From positions 1 to 29,467 of the IMG/VR virus record IMGVR_UViG_3300033067_000880: a stretch of 29,467 nt of DNA; one strand, given 5' to 3'. The translations under genes and the position numbers were made by a program. Shown piece after piece: positions 25,044 to 29,467 of the stretch (positions are counted from its first letter, which is position 1; each line of letters starts with the position of its first letter). The notes under the pieces were generated by a model, which ran no database searches, was not told the origin of the DNA, and saw only the letters and a list, made by a program, of their open reading frames with translations. The stretch is from a virus. Lineage: Duplodnaviria; Caudoviricetes.

Positions 25044-25223
25044 CTACAACGAGAGATGAGTAAATCTTCCCGTCTTCGTAGTAGTAAGCCCTGTCGGTTG
25101 GTGAACAACTCTGCCCGCGTGATCGGTAAGCGTTTGCGTCGTCTGGCTTTGTGCCTCGCCGCTCGCGGTGGAGTTCCTGTCGGTTGTCTGTCGGTTGCTG
25201 ACAACTAGCGCCAACTGTTCCAA
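25044..25223 (-). CDS. Possible short T/Q-rich ORF (59 aa) spanning the iteron-like repeats
   Basis: GGAGGAGG RBS before TTG 25223; MEQLALVVSNRQTTDRN...; coding status uncertain. Confidence 0.35.
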   Translation of the reverse strand: MEQLALVVSNRQTTDRNSTASGEAQSQTTQTLTDHAGRVVHQPTGLTTTKTGRFTHLSL

Positions 25224-25325
25224 GAATCGCCTCCTCCAATGTGGGGGACACAAGCCGAATAGTCGTCAGTAGTTGACAGGACCCGACAGGTTCTACACCG
25301 AGTTTTGCACAATGCCTGTCGGTTG
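25090..25325. repeat. Iteron- or operator-like cluster of (C)CTGTCGGTTG
   Basis: Direct copies at 25090-25100, 25176-25186, 25188-25197 and 25315-25325; inverted variant GACCCGACAGG at 25280-25290. Confidence 0.75.
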
Positions 25326-25336
25326 CGCGTAAGCCC

Positions 25337-26329
25337 TTAGAAGTTCGTCCCTTCCGTGTCCGGCGGCTCGGTCAGCCCCGGGAGCGTCGTCGGCGCCTTC
25401 GCGTCCTTCTTTGCCGCCGGTTTCGTCGGTACAACGGTCGTCGGGCCCGGGGTCGTCGTCACGATCGGCTCGGTCTTGATGCCAGCCGCCTCGCGTTTGG
25501 CCTTCAGCTCGGCGGAGAGGTCGAGAGCCTTGTTTCCCGTGCCGGCCTTTTTGTCCGCCGCCTCTTGGGCGCCTGTCGGGTCAGGGAAAGCGTCGTCGAT
25601 CGTCGTCTCTCCAGTCTTGATCGAAGTCGCCACGCCGCGGAGCTTCGCCAGTTGCTCCAGTCCGATTTCCATCTCGGACGTGATGCCGATAGCGACGAAC
25701 AGCCGATCGGTCTTGACGCCGAGCTTCTGAAAGTATGCGAGTACTTCCGTTCGGCGAGCCGAGAGCGTTTTCTCATCGCCCATCGCTACCCGTTTGCACG
25801 TCCGGTAGAGGTCCTGGACAAACGCATTTGGGACAACTCGAAAGATCGCGTTGCGGAGGGCCTTCGACATTGCCGCCGCTCCGGTCACTCGCACCATGTC
25901 TTCGGTGTAGCGTTTGTTGAACTTGTCGAGGACGCTAACGTGGGCCTCGGCCCCGATGCGAACGTTTCGCTCCATGTCCCACGCGACGGCCTCGGCAACG
26001 ACAGACTTTCCAGTGTCGCCACTGACGCGAGTTGCCGCGTGAAGGTTGCCCCACGCCGACGCGATAATTTCGGCGAGCCGAACGGACGGACCTTCGATCA
26101 TCTTCCCGCCGCGAGGGATCGCGTAGCAGCAGTCCGCCGCCACTTCTTCATTGAGCGTTGCCATTTCAAGAGCGGCCTGCATCGCCCGCTTGACGTTGCG
26201 CGGGTATTTCTTGGCCGTCGTGATTTGGATATCGAGGTTGGACGATTCCATCGAGGTCATAATCTGGCCTTCGACTGGTTCGGGTCGCTCGATAATCTCG
26301 TTGGGGTTTCCATCATGCACGTCTGACAT
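25337..26329 (-). CDS. Conserved phage protein, probable ssDNA-annealing/recombination protein (330 aa)
   Basis: QITTAKKYPR...YAIPRGGKMIEGPSVRLAE..A.AWGN...AWDMERN...SKALRNAIF motifs; lies beside DUF932 and the AAA ATPase; AAGGAG RBS. Confidence 0.6.
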   Translation of the reverse strand: MSDVHDGNPNEIIERPEPVEGQIMTSMESSNLDIQITTAKKYPRNVKRAMQAALEMATLNEEVAADCCYAIPRGGKMIEGPSVRLAEIIASAWGNLHAATRVSGDTGKSVVAEAVAWDMERNVRIGAEAHVSVLDKFNKRYTEDMVRVTGAAAMSKALRNAIFRVVPNAFVQDLYRTCKRVAMGDEKTLSARRTEVLAYFQKLGVKTDRLFVAIGITSEMEIGLEQLAKLRGVATSIKTGETTIDDAFPDPTGAQEAADKKAGTGNKALDLSAELKAKREAAGIKTEPIVTTTPGPTTVVPTKPAAKKDAKAPTTLPGLTEPPDTEGTNF

Positions 26330-26423
26330 CGGTGGCTCCTTGAGGGTTGAAGGGAATCCGGCCCGTCCTCTTTCGAGGGCGGATCGGAAGCCCGCCGCCC
26401 GAGGGCGACGGCGGGCAGAAGCA

Positions 26424-27467
26424 TCAGGCTCCAAGCATCGCGACGGCGGCAACGAATGCGCCCCTCTTGTCGCGTGCGGATTCTCCAAACAGGTTGGAAT
26501 GCTGGCGGCGGCCGTTCTGGACCCGCGACGCGGACCGGACATGATCGTGCCATTGCGTGACGGCGTTCATCGCGGCCCAGAGAGTTCCGCCGACGCCGGC
26601 GACGTTCTGCTTGGGATCAGACATGAGCCCTTCCCACTCGGCAAGCCGAGCCGCGAGCCGCTCGTCCCACATCTCGGCGTGCTCAATGTCCTTCGGATCG
26701 GTCGGCCGCTCGCCGTAGATCGCGACGTAGCACGCGGTGAAGTATGACGTAAGATCAGCCGTCACAAGTTGGCGACGGGCGAGCTGGTCCGCGAGCACCT
26801 GGAATCGCTCGGTCGTCGTCGTCGCGATCGCCAGCATGCGGCGAGCCTCGTCCACCTTCTCCAGCACGTTGCCCGAGTGGCGGAACCGAAACGCCCGGCC
26901 CCGATCTGCTTGCTCTTCGGCATTCTCGAAGTTCGAGCCCAGCGCCATCGAGAGCGTGTTATTGCACACGACGCGAACCGATGTCCACATCGCAAAGAGG
27001 GCCGACGTTCCATCGTGCGTGTTCGACATGACCAGATACGGCACCGACTCATCCTCGCCGCCGTTGCCGACGCGAATCGACTTGGGGCACTTCACCAGCA
27101 TGAATACCCGCTTACCGCCCATGAGCGAGCCACACGTCTCGGTCTGGAAAGCGGCATCTGCCCCGTGAATCGCCTCGGCAAACTCGCCGAACACGCGATT
27201 GGGAACGATCTTGTATCCGTCCGAGACGATGCCGAGACACTCCTGCGTGTCGTTGCGGACGTTCGCCTTGTAGCCCGACGCGACTTCATAGAGCCCGCTC
27301 TTGGCATTCTTGAAGTAGACCGGCTCGGGCTCAGGCTCCCATCCGAGAACCATCCGCACCGCCTCGCTCGGCGAAAGGTCCTGGTCTACGACGGTTCCAA
27401 GCCCGTGCCACGCTTTCTCCCCAGAGTTCAAGACAAGACGATCAGACTTCGTGATTTCGTGAGACAT
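26424..27467 (-). CDS. DUF932 family (TIGR03299-like) phage/plasmid protein (347 aa)
   Basis: AWHGLG, LGIVSDGY..VPN, ETCGSLMGGKRVF, NTHDGT, VRVVCNNTL, GTLWAAMNAVT..DH motifs. Confidence 0.92.
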   Translation of the reverse strand: MSHEITKSDRLVLNSGEKAWHGLGTVVDQDLSPSEAVRMVLGWEPEPEPVYFKNAKSGLYEVASGYKANVRNDTQECLGIVSDGYKIVPNRVFGEFAEAIHGADAAFQTETCGSLMGGKRVFMLVKCPKSIRVGNGGEDESVPYLVMSNTHDGTSALFAMWTSVRVVCNNTLSMALGSNFENAEEQADRGRAFRFRHSGNVLEKVDEARRMLAIATTTTERFQVLADQLARRQLVTADLTSYFTACYVAIYGERPTDPKDIEHAEMWDERLAARLAEWEGLMSDPKQNVAGVGGTLWAAMNAVTQWHDHVRSASRVQNGRRQHSNLFGESARDKRGAFVAAVAMLGA

Positions 27468-27541
27468 TTATAGCTCCTGCCTTTCGGCTTCCGCAACTCC
27501 GTCAGTTGCCGACCCGCCACGTCCAGGCGGTAGGTTTCGAT

Positions 27542-27703
27542 TTAGTTCGCCGAGTCGCGGTCTTCGATGCTCTCGCGGTTGAGCTGGCGGCAGATAGTCG
27601 CCATGTTCCCGTAGTATTTGCTCCACGCACATACGCGATCGTCGTTGAAGGTGTCAACCACCTGCCACATGCCCCGGTTCTGCGTGATCGTGTATCGGTT
27701 CAT
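27542..27703 (-). CDS. Small hypothetical protein (53 aa)
   Basis: AAGGAG RBS before MNRYTITQ; first gene after the predicted promoter. Confidence 0.6.
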   Translation of the reverse strand: MNRYTITQNRGMWQVVDTFNDDRVCAWSKYYGNMATICRQLNRESIEDRDSAN

Positions 27704-27751
27704 CTTCCGTCTCCTTCGTCTCGGGTCCCGGTCGTCGGTTCCCATGCAGGA

Positions 27752-27780
27752 ACGTTAGTCGATCGGCTACACCCGGTCAA
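27752..27780 (-). promoter_or_regulatory. Sigma70-like promoter TTGACC-N17-TAACGT
   Basis: -35 at 27780-27775 and -10 at 27757-27752, in an AT-richer intergenic region downstream of a terminator. Confidence 0.55.
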
Positions 27781-27854
27781 GCCTTTAGGCGTCTCGAAGT
27801 TGCATTTTTGGCAACTTTATTTGATCGGCCCGCGTTCGGCGTGTTTCGTGCATG

Positions 27855-27888
27855 AAAAAGGCCCATCGGGGAGGAGTCCCGACAGGCC
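27855..27888 (-). terminator. Rho-independent terminator after the AAA ATPase gene
   Basis: GGCCUGUCGGG-ACUCCUC-CCCGAUGGGCC followed by UUUUU. Confidence 0.8.
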
Positions 27889-27916
27889 CGAGAGAGAGAA
27901 ACAAGACGATTCCAGT

Positions 27917-29188
27917 CTACTCGATTTCCGTCCCGAGTACAGCCCCATCCTCAATGACCACGCCAACCTCGCCCGATTCATCTACCCGCTCGAGCCACAC
28001 TTGGGCGTCCCGTTCCTTGGCGATTTGCTCCAGGGCCTCCATCGACTTGGAGTCCAAGAGCGAGCCGTCACGGATCAGCATGAGCCGCAGTTTGGGATTC
28101 TGTGCCAGGCCAACCGCGACCGATGCCCGGAGACGTTCGGCACCCGAGCATTCGGCGATTGCGATTCCGCCGAGTGTCACGCCGTCCGCGGTGAACGCCA
28201 TGCCCGGCACTGGCATCGTTGCCGACGCGACAAGTGCGGCTTTCGACTCCGCGAGCCTGTCGAGTTCCTGCGTCTGTGCCTCGCTCTTGTCTTTGAGCCC
28301 GAGCGATTCGTACATGAGCCGGTTGCGTTCCTTCTTCTGTGCGACCTTCCGGTTTGTCTCCTGGACCGTTCGCATGCGTTCGGAGATTGTCGTGAGGTCG
28401 GGATCTTGGAGAGCGTCGATAGCCTCGCCCTGTTCGGCGATGCCAGCCTCTCTCGCCGCAAGTTCCTTCCGGGCCGCTTCGAGTGCCGCCTCCAATTGCG
28501 TCACCTTCGCCGCCCACTGTTCGCGCGACGACTTGACGCCAGCGAGCCAACGCCGCTTCTCTTCGTTGTCCGTCCGCTCTTGCATCGCTGCCGCGTGTTG
28601 CTCCGCGAGGGCCCCCATGTCCTCTTCTTTCTCGGGTGCCTCGACGATTGGCATCCCCGCGAGCTTGGCCTCTGCCGTCCGCATGTTCGCGTTGACGTTG
28701 CGACGTTCCGCCGTCAGCGTCTCAACCTGGAGATCGATCGCCTTGAACTTCTCATCGAGGCCGAGCACCCGGCGCAGGACCGCCGCCTGTTCCTTGGGGT
28801 CCTGGCGCGAGAACGCGAGCGGGTCAAAGGCAATGTCGCCCATCAGCGTGTTGAGCCACGCTTGCGGCGAGTTGATCGGCTGTCCATTCTTGGGCGTGAT
28901 CGTCAGTTTCGATTTCCCGTCGTCGGAGAATTGCCGCTTGACGGTGTGGGTCGAAAGGTCGATCGTCACGTCGCCCGAGATTGCACCCTTGCGGAGTGCG
29001 CCCGCCGGGATGCTCTTCTCGCCACCGAGAGCGTACATCATGGCGTCGAGAACGGAGGTCTTGCCCTGCCCGTTTTTGCCGGTGATCTGGACGACGGCGC
29101 CGGTTGGCGTGATGTGGACGGCGCGGATGCGTTTGACGTTTCGGATTCGGAGTTCGATGATGCGGGGGGAGTCAGTGGGCTTGGTCAT
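27917..29188 (-). CDS. SMC/RecN-like ABC ATPase with coiled coil (phage AAA family, 423 aa)
   Basis: NVKRI, GKNGQGKTS (Walker A), central coiled coil, CSGAER signature, LIRDGSLLD and QVWLE; AAAGGA RBS. Confidence 0.9.
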   Translation of the reverse strand: MTKPTDSPRIIELRIRNVKRIRAVHITPTGAVVQITGKNGQGKTSVLDAMMYALGGEKSIPAGALRKGAISGDVTIDLSTHTVKRQFSDDGKSKLTITPKNGQPINSPQAWLNTLMGDIAFDPLAFSRQDPKEQAAVLRRVLGLDEKFKAIDLQVETLTAERRNVNANMRTAEAKLAGMPIVEAPEKEEDMGALAEQHAAAMQERTDNEEKRRWLAGVKSSREQWAAKVTQLEAALEAARKELAAREAGIAEQGEAIDALQDPDLTTISERMRTVQETNRKVAQKKERNRLMYESLGLKDKSEAQTQELDRLAESKAALVASATMPVPGMAFTADGVTLGGIAIAECSGAERLRASVAVGLAQNPKLRLMLIRDGSLLDSKSMEALEQIAKERDAQVWLERVDESGEVGVVIEDGAVLGTEIE

Positions 29189-29450
29189 TGGGTCCTTTCG
29201 TGTGTGGACGCGAGAGCGGGATAGTGACGACGCACGAGTCTTTGCCGCCGAACGTGCCATCGGCGTCGATGGGGACGGCAACGCGGCCGGTTCGCCCCTC
29301 GCTGTCGGTCACATTGAAGACGAGGCCCATGTCGGGCTCACCGCCGCACGGCTCGCCGATTGTCCGACGTTCGAGGCGCTCGCGGAGTCGCTTGACTTCG
29401 CACCGATATCCCCACGCCCACGCGAGAGCAAACAGGTCAAAGCCGATCAT
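29172..29450 (-). CDS. Hypothetical protein (92 aa)
   Basis: Open frame in the same orientation ending just inside the ATPase start; start uncertain. Confidence 0.45.
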   Translation of the reverse strand: MIGFDLFALAWAWGYRCEVKRLRERLERRTIGEPCGGEPDMGLVFNVTDSEGRTGRVAVPIDADGTFGGKDSCVVTIPLSRPHTKGPNDQAH

Positions 29451-29467
29451 GACGCATTCGGTATATG

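Larger units (their letters stand above)
1..29467 (-). mobile_element. Tailed phage or prophage genome segment (early, packaging, head, tail and putative lysis modules); no ends visible
   Basis: Co-directional terminase, portal, S49 protease, capsid, tail-chaperone frameshift and typical early phage genes; no host housekeeping genes or integrase in the window. Confidence 0.97.

Noticed and set aside
25273-25299. Plus-strand promoter TTGACA...TACACC
   Set aside because: Spacer is only 15 nt, the -10 is poor and no plus-strand gene follows; kept only as part of the repeat cluster
27506-29224. 572-aa plus-strand ORF and other long plus-strand ORFs (6442-7431, 11107-12087, 22586-23749)
   Set aside because: Antisense to well-supported minus-strand genes; expected from GC-rich codon bias

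Overview
The whole 29.5-kb window is one GC-rich segment of a tailed dsDNA phage or prophage. It has a lambda-like head and probably a non-contractile tail. Every credible gene is on the minus strand, and many are linked by ATGA/GTGA stop-start overlaps. In transcription order (right to left) it carries: (1) an early recombination/regulation block with an SMC-like AAA ATPase, DUF932, a probable annealing protein, an iteron-like repeat cluster, a 10-aa repeat protein, an H1-like protein, CsrA, HTH proteins, ASCH, RuvC-like resolvase, SF2 helicase and DNA methyltransferase; (2) small and large (GpA-type) terminases separated by three inserted genes; (3) head genes: gpW-like, head-closure-like, lambda-type portal, S49 protease with a nested scaffold, cement protein and gpE-like capsid; (4) a tail-chaperone G/GT pair with a clear -1 frameshift signal, followed by putative tail genes but no tape-measure gene in the window; (5) a three-gene membrane/lipoprotein cassette followed by a signal-peptide SGNH hydrolase with three inserted repeats, which runs off the left edge and is missing from the ORF track. 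The most unusual non-coding signal is a CCACTCATGACTA element. It sits in front of two late ribosome-binding sites and again, inverted, just after the capsid gene. No integrase, att site, host gene, tRNA or CRISPR array is visible. A Planctomycetota-like host is only my guess. All family assignments come from motif recognition by eye, not database searches.
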